This document shows, piece by piece, positions 51,418 through 64,000 of a stretch of DNA of 64,000 nucleotides. This DNA is from Malacoraja senta (lineage: Eukaryota), in assembly GCA_038087875.1 (NCBI GenBank), contig CM075979.1:7688001-7752000 (forward strand), in the 5' to 3' direction. The position numbers and the translations under genes are program-made. The notes beneath the pieces are model-generated. The model had not been told where the DNA came from, searched no databases, and was given only the letters and a program-made list of their open reading frames with translations. How positions within the stretch are numbered: the first letter of the stretch is position 1; each line of letters starts with the position of its first letter.

Positions 51418-53645
51418 TATAATATGATAAGTTTTAATTTACAATTTGAGAGGGAGAAGGGTAAATCAGAGGTGTTGGTATTACAGTTGAACAATGGGGA
51501 CTATGGAGCCATGAGGGAGGAGTTGGCCAAAGTGGAAAGATACCCTAGCAGGGATGACAGTAGAACAACAATAGTAGGTATTTCTGGGAATAATACTGAA
51601 GATGCAGGATCGGTTCATTCCAAAGAGGAAGAAAGATTCCAAGGGGAGTAAGGGGCGACCGTTGCTGACAAGGGAAGTCGGGGAGAGTATAAAAATAAAA
51701 GAGAAGAAATATAACATAGCAAAGATGAGCAGGATACCAGAGGATTGGGTAACTTTTAAAGAGCAACAGAAGATAACTAAAAAGGCAATACGGGGAGAAA
51801 AGATGAGATTAGAAGGTAAGTGAGCCAAGAATATAAAGGAGGACAGTAAAAACTTCTTTAGGTATGTGAACAGGAAAAAAAAATTGTTATGGTCAAAGTT
51901 GGACCCTTGAAGACTGAAAAGTGGAACATTGAAATGGCAGATTAGTTGAACAGGTACTTTGGATCCGTCTTCACTAAGGAGGACACAAACAATCTTCCTG
52001 ATGTACTAGTGGCCAGAGGATCTAGGGTGGCGGAGAAATTGAAGGAGATTCACATTAGGCAGGAAATGGTGTTGGGTAGTCTGATGGGACTGAAGGCTGA
52101 TAAATCCTCAGGGCCTGATGGTCTGCATCCCAGGGTAATTAAGGAAGTGGCTCTAGAAATAGTGGACGATCTTTTTCCAATGTTCTATAGATTCAGGATC
52201 AGTTCCTGTGGATTGGAGGGTAGCTAATGTTGTCCCACTCTTTGAGAAGGGCGGCAGAGAGAAAACAGGGAATTATAGACTAGTTAGCTTGACATTGGTG
52301 GTAGGGAAGATGCTGGAGACAATAATAAAAGATGAAATAGCGGCACAATTGGATAGCAGTAGCAGGATCAGTCCGGGTCAGCATGGATTTACGAAGGGGA
52401 AATCATGTTTGACTAATCTTCTGGAATTTTTTGAGAATGTAACCAGGATTATGGACAAGGGCGAGCCAGTGGATGTAGTGTACCTGGACTTTCAGAAAGC
52501 ATTTGAGAAGGTCCCACATAGGAGATTAGTGAGCAAAATTAGAGCACATGGTATTGGGGGTAGGGTGCTGACATGGATAGAAAATTGATTGGCAGACAGG
52601 AAACAAAGGTTAGGAATTAACGGGTCCCTTTCAGAATGGCAGGCAGTGACTAGTGGGGTACCGCAAGGCTCAGTGCTGGGACCACAGCTATTTACAATGT
52701 ATATTAATGATTTGGACGAAGGGATTAAAAGTAACATTAGCAAATTTGCAGATTACATAAAGCTAGGTGGCAGTGTGAACTGTGAAGAGGATGCTATGAG
52801 GATGCAGGGTGACTTGGACAGGTTGAGTGAGTGGGCAGATGCATGGCAGATGCAGTTTAATGTGGATAAATGCGAGGTTATCCACTTTGGTGGCAAAAAC
52901 AAGCAGGCAGATTATTATCTAAATGGTGTCAAGTTCGGAAAAGGGGAAGTACAGCGGGATCTGGGGGATCTTTGTTCATCAGTCACTGAAAGTAAGCATG
53001 CAGGTACAGCAGGCAGTGAAGAAAGTGAATGGCATGTTGGCCTTCATAACAAGAGGAGTTGAGTACAGGAGCAAAGAGGTCCTCCTGCAGTTGTACAGGG
53101 CCCTAGTGAGACTGCACGTGGAGTATTGTGTGCAGCTTTGGTCTCCAAACTTGAGGAAGGACATTCTTGCTATTGAGGGAGTGCAGCGTAGGTTAACAAG
53201 GTTAATTCCCGGAAATGGCGGGACTGTCATTTGTTGATAGATTGGAGCGGCTGGGCTTGTATACTCTGGAATTTAGGATGAGAGGCTATCTTATTGAAAC
53301 GTTAGAGGCAGGAAACATGTTCCCAATGTTGGGGAAGCCCAGAACTAGGGGCCATAGTTTAAGAATAAGTGGTAAGCCATTTAGAACGGAGATGAGGAAA
53401 AACATTTTCACACAGAGTTGTGAGTGTGTGGAATTCTCTGCCTCAGAAGGCAGTGGAGGCTGGTTCTCTGGATGCTTTCAAGAGAGAGTTGGATAGAGCT
53501 CTTATGGATAGCGGAGTTAAGGGATATGGAGAGAAGGCAGGTACGGGGTACTGATTGTGGATGATCAGCCATGATCACCTTGAATGGCGGTGCTGGCTCA
53601 AAGGGCCGAATGGCCTACTGCACCTATTGTCTATTGTCTATTGTA
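51418..53645 (+). mobile_element. CR1 LINE ORF2 fragment with 3' tail
   Basis: [31 protein letters not shown]; (TATTGTC)n tail; frameshifted. Confidence 0.95.
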
Positions 53646-54089
53646 TTGTGTAGACTAGTAAATAGCAGTTTGTTCAAGTGGTTGAGCGACTTTGACAGGG
53701 CCAAAGATTTCTCTAAGTTGCTCTGCAAAGTTGATAGTTGGTTGTCTTGAATTGCTGCAGTCCATGTGATGTCATAAGCACTGATTATGAATTCCATGAC
53801 TTCAACAGTGACAATTGATTAATATCATTAAAACTAATTTAAGAATTAAGAACAATCGTTTTTATGGTCAGTTTTTAAGAAGCCGAATCAATTATAGAAA
53901 TATACATAAACTCCATTGTCATAGGAAACGGGAGAATGCACCAGTGCTTAGTTGACAACATTGAATAGCACTTTAGATAAAACAAAGTTTAATATGAAAC
54001 AGAATTGAAGGAGTTCATTTATGAGGTAGTGGGAGGATGCTTTATGATGGAATGCCCATTAGTCTCTGTGATACTGAATGTAACCCTAA

Positions 54090-54535
54090 TGGGCCTGTCC
54101 CACTTAGGCGACTACAAGAGACTATGTGGTCGCTGGTGGTCGCCAGGGTGTTGCCTGTATGGTCGTGAGTAGGCTCCTCAATCGCTCGAAGAGTCGTAGC
54201 CTCTTTCAGGTCGCTGAAAAATTGTCAACATGTTGGAAAATTTTCGGCGACAGTGGCGACCTTGGGTTTGATGCCAAATGAGCGTAGCTTGACGTAGGTG
54301 CTGTCGTAGGTTGTCACCAGGTTAATGTAGGCATTTGCCAGGATGTCGTCGGTTGTCGCCAGGATGTCGTCGGTTGTTGCCAGGTGACGTAAGTTGTTGC
54401 TGGTGCCGACCGGTGAATTTCAATGTCGTATTCGCCGGAAGTCCCCTAAAAAATCGCCTAAGTGGGACAGGCCCAATAGTCCATTCGCCGGTTTTTCGGA
54501 AGTCACCAAAAAAATCGCCTAAGTGGACAGGCCCA
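54090..54535. mobile_element. PIF/Harbinger-type MITE with a duplicated right end
   Basis: TAA|TGGGCCTGTCCCACTTAGGCGA..TCGCCTAAGTG(G)GACAGGCCCA|TAA; a second right TIR ends at 54475. Confidence 0.85.
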
Positions 54536-57500
54536 TAAGCCTTTCAGAAAGTTTAGTAATGGCGTTGCATGGAACTCTAGATTAGCTTTGTTCCTAAGCT
54601 TTATTTTTGAAACTAAGTTTTAAGTTTCATTATTAATCCTGATTCTCTGTAATCAGACTGTGTAGCAATTAAACCAGTATCTCCAATGTTGAGTGATTTC
54701 TATAATTTAAAAAAAATGCGTGTTTTTTTTTTCTAAGTTTATTCCATGTCTTTCCATATTACCTGATAAATTCTGGGTTAAACCTTTAAATTATTCTTTC
54801 TTCATCTCTGCACGTGGACGATCATGACCTCAGATCTTGCAAAAATGCTTAACATTACTTTTGAATTGTGGTCACTTTCCATAATTTCTGAAGATCCAAG
54901 TCCCATATACACTATTAAGATAACTAAATGGATTTTATTAGAGTAATATCAGCTCAAACATTGGGAAAAACTACTGACCTTTCTAAATAATGCCATGAGA
55001 TGTGCTATGAAAAGCATACCACGGGTTGCGTCACAGCTTGGTTTGGGAACAGCTCTGCCCAAGACCAATAGAAGTTGTGGACTAGATTCGCCACAATCAA
55101 CTCCATCTACACTTCATGCTACTTCAGGAAAGCAGCCAACACAAACAAGGACCATTTGCACTCTGGTTATTCCCACTTTTTCCATTGGGCAGAAGATACA
55201 AAAAGCTTGAAAGCTTATCTACCCTATTCTGGAACAACTTCTCCTCTGTTATCAGGCTTCGTTTATCCATAAGCTAAGGTACTGTCCAATTCACCTATAC
55301 CCAATTGAGGACATTGGACTCTGTCTGTGAAACTGATTTGCTACAATGCCGAGGACTATATTCTGCACTCTGTATCTTCCCCTTTACTGTATCTATTACA
55401 CTTGAATTTGACTTAATTGTATTTATTTATAGAATATCTGATCTGTTTGAATAGCATGTAAAACAAAGCTTTTCACTGTATCTCACTACACATGACAATA
55501 ATAAACCTAATATTATCAATACCAAGCATTCAGAACAAAGTTTTTAATGAATCTAGGTATACGTGACAATAATAAACACGTACCAGTACCAATACCAATG
55601 TATAACATCTTCATTTTCCTCCAGGCAGAACATTTAATTGGTCCTTGAGTGATTCCAGTGTTTTGTTTCTTTATTTCTCCACCTGAAAGAACAACCCAGG
55701 CATTGATCATTATTCTTAATGTGAGAAAATACTTTTTGTTAACATGACGATACATTATCCAAGGGTGCCCACAAATTAGAAGAAGAATTTTCAATAAAAT
55801 GTGTTAATGGCCATGTTTGATAATTTATATACAAACCTAAAGAAACTGATTGCATGATCATTCAACTATAGAAATGAAGTGTTGCTACAAACATTGCAAG
55901 ATATCAATAGCACCAATGAATTAATAAAGTAACGGAGCACAGGCAGCCACAGAATTTGTAAATTAATGGAGGATTGTGCTCGCCAGTCTACCAGTCAATA
56001 AGTTAATGAAGCAGCAGGCCTCGGTGGGGGCATTAGTCAAGCAGTGGATTTATCAGTGAATTAAGAGAGAAGCATACATTAACACTGAAGTCAATGTTGG
56101 TGATTTTAATACTGTAGCAGGTATAAACAAATTAAATACTGCAGTGAATTAAGAACGTAATTGAAAACTAGACTTCACAATAAATCAGCGTAGTTGTTGA
56201 CACTACCAAATTAACAAATTATTATGCTTCTGCCTGATACATTTCAGAAAGTTCTGGGTGGTGATAATTGATAATTCATCACCTAGCATGCTTTATTAAA
56301 AGACCAGGAGTTGCATGACTTGGTAAACAAATACATTTGGAAGTAAGTACTTGTGAATTAATGGACAAAGAGAGGAATTGTCATGGATTGATAAAGTAGT
56401 AGAGAAGAGCTCAAGAAGATGAGTAAGTTCATGTTTTCATTGTTATAAATCCTTTGAATCTAATTTTGGCTGCAGATTGTGGAGTTGTTTGTGGATTGGT
56501 GATAGAACCAGGAGGGAAGCTTGGACAATGAAAACAAATCAGACCTGGGAAGAGAAAAAAAATCAGGAAGAAGTACTTTTTGGATGAAGAGAAGCAAATG
56601 GGGGAACAAGTCAGTTGGGGGAGTTGTCTATGATGTATTTTGGAAAACAAAATTGTTAATGAATAAATCATGCAATAAATCTATTTTTGGGTGAGATGGA
56701 GATGCTAGGAGAAAAGCTGGGGAGCATACCAGGCGGTTAAGAAACTTGAAATGTGAACAAGACAGGAAGAAAAGTTCAATTAATTTTGATCAACAGCACA
56801 AATTGTTTGTGAATATGCATAGTGGGTCATGGATATTTCTGCCATTTGATTCTTGGTTTTGGGGGAAATGTAGCTGGTCACAACAGGATTGAGAAGAGAA
56901 AGCTCCACGGGATGGATTCCAAATAGTGCTAAATTAATACCTGAATTCGAACTAGCAGGTAGAAGACTATTCCACTTATTTTGAGCATTCTTGCAGGAAA
57001 AGGGGCCAGCATCAGCAAGCTATGTAGATGTTGGTAGGAGAGTAATGGTAACCTTATGAGGTTTCGAGAATTGTGATTAGCGGTTAATCTTCTGCAGTTT
57101 TCGAGGATTTATTCCCACTCTCAATTTCTATGCATAAGGATGCTTTTGGTGGCTAGATCTCTTGAATCGTATCCTTCAATTCATACTGTAATTGCTGATG
57201 TAATAGCTTTTTCTTTATAAGAGTTTGTCAAATATGTATGAATTGAAATTATAATGATATTACACTCAAACTACATGTTAACAGTAGACACAGAAAAATC
57301 AGATTGGGATTAAACATTGGGATTGGAAGTATCAAGAAAAGTGAGTGAGTGTGGGGGGGGGGGGGGAGGGGGGAGGGAGAGGAGGAGAGTAGCAGTATTT
57401 ATTATAGAAAACAATGGGAGTAGAAAAAACATCTCTGTAAGGAAGACAAAATATAATCCATGTTATTGAGTTAAAAGATAAACGATGAATCAAATTAATT

Positions 57501-57627
57501 AATTTGATTACTTCAAGTAGCTCTTGCTTTCTCTCTCCCTCCATCCCCTCCCCTTCCCTGTTCTTCCAGTCTTACTCTCTCAGACTACATTTTATCTCTG
57601 TACCACCCATTCCCCCCTGACATCAGC

Positions 57628-57655
57628 CTGAAGAAGGGTCTCGACCCGAAACGTC
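57628..57655 (+). ncRNA. Hammerhead-like core in a Penelope-derived tail (~57520-57745)
   Basis: CTGAAGAAGGGTCTCGACCCGAAACGTC. Confidence 0.45.
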
Positions 57656-58739
57656 ACCCATCCCTTCTCTCCAGAGATGCTGCCTGTTACTCCAGCATTT
57701 TGTGTGTATCTTCGATTTAAACCAGCATCTGCAGTTCTTTCCTACACAATCAAATTAATTGCATACTTTTCAACTACCGCATAGTGCAAGACGTAAAATG
57801 TTCAGTAAAAATAAGGAAATTAATTAAAGGTAAAATAATGAACAAGGAATTCAGAAATCCAGATGTAGGTAGATAAAGATGTGGAGTTCCAACAATGTAT
57901 ATTGGACACTGAAATGAAGAAAGTCCAGCGTGGGAGGGTTTGTTATTGGATTTACTAACAGGGAATGAGCCAGAGCATGTAAGGGAAGTAAAGATAATGA
58001 AGCAAGTGGGCAACAGTGAGCACAATGTATTGTACTATAACTAATAGACAACAATATAATTATGACAGAAATTATGGCAGAAATCAAATTTGTACATTGC
58101 CCTATTAAACAGTCCCTGTCTATAGAAATGCAAAAATATCTTATCCTTCAGAATCCTCTCCAGTAACACACCTACCACAGATGTTATACTCACTGGTCCA
58201 TATTTCCCAGGTTTTTCCTAAATAGAGGCACAACATTAGCCACCCTCCATCATCTGACACCTTACACATGTGTAACGATTATTCATATATCTCAGCCAGA
58301 GATATATGATTTCTTCTGTAGCTTCCCACAGTGTCCTCCTACTCCTATCACTTATGATCTGATGCAGAGGGTATCTGGAGATTTACAACGATAGTACCAG
58401 AAAGCAAACCTGGCTAGTGATTAATGTCCAATCTAAAGCAATATTTGGAATGTCATATGATATATTGTCTACCCTTGTTATTACGGAGCTCTTTTTAACG
58501 GATTTTTGATAGAGCGGATAGAGTGGCCCCGCAGTAATTGGACACTGCTGTCTCTTTAAGAACACAGGCTGCTAGTCAATGCGAGGGTCATAGAAATTGA
58601 CAAGCAGTTGCTTCAATGGATACTTGCAATGATTATTAAACAATGTAACAAACAACCTTTGGTATTTTTAGCATGCAGTAACAATCATAATTTTTTAGTG
58701 GTTAAAAAGAACTTTGTGTTTGAAAACAACTTGTATCAC

Positions 58740-59420
58740 AGAGTGACTGCTGGGTGGTTGGAGTGAATCCCTTACATGGTTGGAGCACCTCCTTGATGGT
58801 ACAGACTGTGAGATTGGAAAGTGCTGTCTAATTGACAATTGGCGGCAATTGCTGCAGTGCATCCTGTTGGTGATGCAAACTGCTGCTACTGTGTGTTGAT
58901 GGTGGAGTGAGTGCATGGTTGTGGATGCGGTGCCTATCACGCAGGCTGCTATGTCCATTATAGTGTCGAGCTTTTTGAGTGTAGTTGAATTTGCACTCAT
59001 CAAGGCAAGTGGAGAGCATTCCATCACACTCCTGACTTGAGACTTGTAAATGGTTCTGTTTCTGGTCAATGGAACTCCCTAAGATATTGATAGTAGGGGA
59101 TTTAGTGATGATCGGGCCACTGAGTTTCGGATATGATAGCTGGATGTTTCCTGTTGAATGTCAACATTGCCTAATACTTGTGTTGTGTGAATGTTCCTTG
59201 CCACTTATCAGCTAGGCTTGGATATTGCTGCAATTATTGTAGACTGCCTCATTATTTGAGGAGTCACAAATGCTGCTGAACATTGTATAATTATCAGCAA
59301 ACATTCCAACATCTGAAGTTACAATCGAAGAACGGTTATTGATGAAGCAATTGAAGATGGTTTGCCCCAGAACTCCTAAAGAGATGGCCTGTGTCTGAAA
59401 TGATTGATCTTGAACCACCA
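58740..59420 (-). mobile_element. Decayed L2/CR1-group LINE fragment
   Basis: LGQTIFNCFIN..GMFADN (RT) and IYKSQVRSVMEC remnants. Confidence 0.75.
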
Positions 59421-61645
59421 TCATTCTTCATGCAAAGTAAGAGTTAATCAGAGGTGTGTTATGTTTCATGATTTAATGGGAGAAATGTGCTAAAAGATAG
59501 ATGGAGAAAATGAAGAACTGATTTATTTGAATGTCTACAGTCCCATTTTCCGGTCTTTAATCATGATCCAAAGAAACAATGTCCTTTTACCAGATCGACT
59601 AGTTATTCAGAAGAGTGTTGATGTTTTATGTTTTGTAGCAAATTATGCTGACTCGTCTCCATGTCCGTAGTCTTTTTAATGTAAAGTGCACCTTTACTGT
59701 TCTGTTTTAGTAGCTGCAAAGCAATATTTTTATTCTCTGTAGTGTTTCAATGTTTTATTCACACATGACACCTATTGTAATCGTCTGGATAAATGCAATA
59801 ACTCGTTGTACAATTCGATTATAGAATATTTTTCATGAAATATGTGAACACTTTAAAAATAATTTACCTCTGAGATAATGACCATACTAACTAATAATTC
59901 CTTCTTTTTGCAATGGACAATTTTGTATTATTTCTGAAAGCCAAGACAAGACTAAACTGGTAAAATGAAACATTTTATATGAATTGAATTGGTTACTTTT
60001 GTTAACTGATTTGAAATTGCAAAGCATTAATGTATATAAACGTTGGCTTTTCTAATGTTTAACCAGGTCTTTCTTCAGGTTTGGCTATGATATATGTTAT
60101 GTATCGCTGATTTCTGTGAAGCCAATTTTTCCTCATTACTTACATTTGAAACACTGGGATACTTGGCAATCTATTCATTAAACGCATTATTAAAAAGTAT
60201 TTTTACTTGGCAATGTGCTAAGGCAGGTATAACTGTTTCTGGCAATTAGCTATTTGGTTTGCTCAAATAGTTTAAGAAGAGTTCAGTGTAATCAATAACT
60301 GATAAATAATTGCTTCGGTCTTTTAAGATTGTGAGATTGTTTGCTGTGACCTTATTAGATATGGTTTATAGTTTTGGCACATGATGCTCGCTGTAGTCAT
60401 TTTAATGCAGCTACACCAGGAGTTGCTAGGTAACGGTATCTTTTCAACATGCTCCTTAACTTTGGCATCAATTACTTGTATTCTCAGCAAGGATGGATGA
60501 TCTTTAGTCTCCCAACCTTGTCTGATCAACTCGAGGGAATTTAATGCATGCCTTAGTTTCTTATTTGTGACATAATTATCTCTCGGAAAATAGTAGCATT
60601 CGCAATACAGCTGTTGTGAAATCAGCACCATAGTCTCACAAAATTGCCATTTTGCAGATAAGCTGACAGTACTGTGATGCTGCCATCCTCCACCTGTTGT
60701 CAGCTCCATGAAGTGGAGCCAAATTGCTTTGATCCAGGGGAAATTATTTTACATTTTGCTGTCATCTTGTAAAATATTTTTGATTTAAGTATTTGCATAG
60801 CTACGTTTTATGCCTTGCGGATGGCTTCAAGTTCACTTAAAGCTGGCAACCTCTGACCCATCCACCATCTCCCATCTGGTTCCACCTGCCTATCATCCCC
60901 TCCCCATCCAGTTCTACCTATCATCTGCCAACCTCTATTCCACCCACCTGAGCACTGCTGTATAAAGGCAATCTTTCCTGTTTCCCCACAAACCTGATGC
61001 AGAGTATCAACTTCATACGTCGACCTACACTTTTCCCTCCACAGATGCTGCCTGATTTGTTGAGTTCTTCCACCATTCTCCAGTTTGCTATTCCAGCATC
61101 TGCAATCTCTTTTGTCTCATTTAACACAATTCTCCATTTTTGACTTTTCATCTCAAGTTGGTGCTTTTTAACTACAAATATTCTTCATTCCTATATTAAT
61201 ATATTCATACTCCTGAAATTTATATATATCTATAACATAGCATTTCAGGAGTATGAAAACCCTGACAAAATTTACCACTATTGATTATCAACATACCTAC
61301 TCAAAGGGTTAACTGATAAAAAGTAGAACAAATAAAATCTTGTATGTGATTACAGTTTTACAAGTAGTTCTTAGTTTTATTGTTCTATCTCATTTCTGTC
61401 TATGCTTGATCCAATTTCACCTTTGGGACATGAAAAGGATGCTGAAGAATAGGTTATTTGTGGATGTGATGCTAAAATTCATTTTAACAGAGTACAAAGC
61501 CAACCTGATGGTGATATCTAATTTATTGAAATTGATTGAAATGTATAGATATTCAAATGCAAAAACAAACCATACAAGACTGAGTATATAAAATCAATTA
61601 ACCTCCAAACAAGCAGACAATTTTCCTCATGTTAATTCCACATTA

Positions 61646-62621
61646 TAGAAACATAGAAACATAGAAAATAGGTCCAGGAGTAGGCCATTCGGCCCTTCGA
61701 GCCTGCACCGCCATTCAATATGATCATGGCTGATCATCCAACTCAGTATCCTGTACCTGCTTTCTCTCCATACCCCCTGATCCCTTTCGCCACAAGGGCC
61801 AATGAACTGTCCTCAACTACATTATGTGGGACCTTGTCGAAAGCCTTCTGAAAGTCCAGATATAACACATCCACTGGTTCTCCCTTATCCACTCTACTAA
61901 TTACATCCTCGAAAAATTCTATAAGATTCGTCAGACATGATTTACCTTTCATAAATCCATGCTGACTTTGTCCAATGATTTCACCATTTTCCAAATGTGC
62001 TGCTATCCCATCTTTAATAACTGACTCTAGCAGTTTCCCCACTACCGATGTTAGACTAACTGGTCTGTAATTCTCCGTTTTCTCTCTCCCTCCCTTTTTA
62101 AAAAGTGGGGTTACATTAGCTACCCTCCAATCCTCAGGAACTACTCCAGAATCTAAGGAGTTTTGAAAAATCATCACTAATGCATCCACTATTTCTGGGG
62201 CTACTTCCTTAAGTACTCTGGGATGCAACTTACCTGGCCCTGGGGATTTATCGGCCTTTAATCCATTCAATTTACCTAACACCACTTCCCGGCTAACCTG
62301 GATTTCACTCAGTTCCTCCATTTCATTTGACCTCCGGTCCCCTGCTATTTCCGGCAGATTATTTATGTCTTCCTTAGTGAAGACAGAACCAAAGTAGTTA
62401 TTCAATTGGTCTGCCATGTCCTTGTTCCCCATGATCAATTCACCTGTTTCTGACTGCAAGGGACCTACATTTGTTTTAATTAATCTTTTTCTCTTCACAT
62501 ATCTACAAAAACCTTTGCAGTCAGTTTTTATGTTCCCGGCCAGTTTTCTTTCATAATCTATTTTCCCTTTCTTAATTAAACCCTTTGTCCTCCTCTGCTG
62601 GACTCTGAATTTTTCCCAGTC
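61646..62621 (-). mobile_element. Young CR1 with a ~0.96-kb internal deletion
   Basis: Near-identical to the 1467-4778 copy; ORF 61743..62642 joins KAFDKVPH directly to the last residues of ORF2. Confidence 0.92.
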
Positions 62622-64000
62622 TGAATTTCTCTCGGTCCCCAATTATCCTTTTTTTTTAAATTTCTTCATCCACTAATCCAGTCTCCTTAGAGGCTCATTC
62701 AATGTGTGCATTAATATTTCATGTGTCCTCTTCAAAATGTCTAACATTTAATCTTGTATAAATTGTCCCTTGTCTGCTCTCTACCAGTTTTATCCTTTTA
62801 AATTCTACACTCTGTTTAAAAAGGGACACCGATTTGATTGTTAAATCAAGCTTTGTGATAGTATTTCTTCAAACTAGGTGGTATCTGAATGAATCTGCAC
62901 TGTACCTTTTCTGTACTAGCTTTTGCATTTCATCCATCTCTCACATAAGTCAATATCCGGACCATATTGGTATTGGTTTATTATTGTCACGTGTACTGAG
63001 ATACAATCAAAAACTTGGTCAATGACATACTTTCATGACATACTCAACAGGCATCAGTGTGTAACCATCGATATGATGCAATGCAACGATTTGTCAAGGT
63101 TTTTTCCAGCACTTTTCCCAAAAGTAACCTTTGTCACCTAGAATTAGCAGATGCTTGGAAATAAAATTTCCTCAATGTCAGACAAGAACAAAAGAACTGC
63201 TCACTGGACCACTTCAAGGTTACCTAAGAGTGCTTAAATGTATCATTTGCTAATGGCATTCACATCCAGGAGGAAGAAAAACAATACAAAAAATATTGGA
63301 ATAAAATGTAGAATTGCAAACACTTATTTTAACTGCCATATCAACTTGAAATGCTGCCTTCAGTGTCGTATAAGTCTACACTCTGAAATCTTCTGCTGAT
63401 CCAAAGTATTGATCCACCTCCCTTCAGAGGATAATTATTATATTTTTACCATAGTGTATGACCTTGGTGACATTGAATTCTATCTGCCACTTTCATCCCA
63501 CTTCTGATATTATTAATATCACTTTGCAGTTGCCTTTGTTCTTGTAAAGAATTAACTATGCCTCCTATTTTGGTAACATCTGCAGCTTTCCCCCTAGGCC
63601 TATATTTGAATCATTGATGTATGTAGTGAACAGAAGTGCCTCAAGAATTGAACCCTATGGGATAACATGACCCACTTGCAACCACTCTGAGAAACTGCCC
63701 TTAATTTCTTCACTCTGCTTTCTTCCTTCTCACCAATTATGAAGGAAGTGACACGCTTCCTTCTTTGCTTTTCTTCCTATTGTTGCTTCTCATTAAATTT
63801 TCATAATTCACACAGGGAAAAGGAAGCGAGGCCACTCAGTATTCTGTCACAGAGAATTCAGTTAAACTTAATGCGAGACGTTCAAAAGTGTCAACTACGT
63901 GGAGGTCAGGTGTATTCTTATCGAGAGGTGCATTTCATCTGTATTTGGTGCCATTCTATTCATGTAAATTGCCTGCCGTGTAATTAGTAGCATGTAAATT

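Overview
Vertebrate genomic DNA, most likely from a cartilaginous fish (skate/ray-like; inferred from HE1-type SINEs, abundant young CR1 LINEs and Penelope-derived repeats). The window opens in a CpG island with a probable first coding exon (CACC-ATG-AAG|GT) of an unidentified + strand gene. A probable second exon lies at 17302-17410, and the rest looks like long, repeat-saturated intron. Almost all long ORFs come from transposable elements: CR1, Rex1/Babar, RTE, L1-clade, Penelope and a KIAA1586/ZNF862-like hAT transposase. The standout feature is a 1.5-kb minus-strand LTR insertion (28159-29694). It has TG..CA ends, a 5-bp TSD and a tRNA-Ser primer-binding site, and its whole interior is an intronless retrocopy of the spliceosomal gene SNRNP40, i.e. 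LTR-mediated gene capture. Also notable: dispersed minimal hammerhead-ribozyme cores in Penelope-derived tails, a 5-bp-TSD DNA transposon family with different cargo in each copy, CR1 self-nesting and internal deletions that leave open chimeric frames, and several near-perfect hairpins. All calls are by eye; no database search was run, and the boundaries of decayed repeats are approximate.
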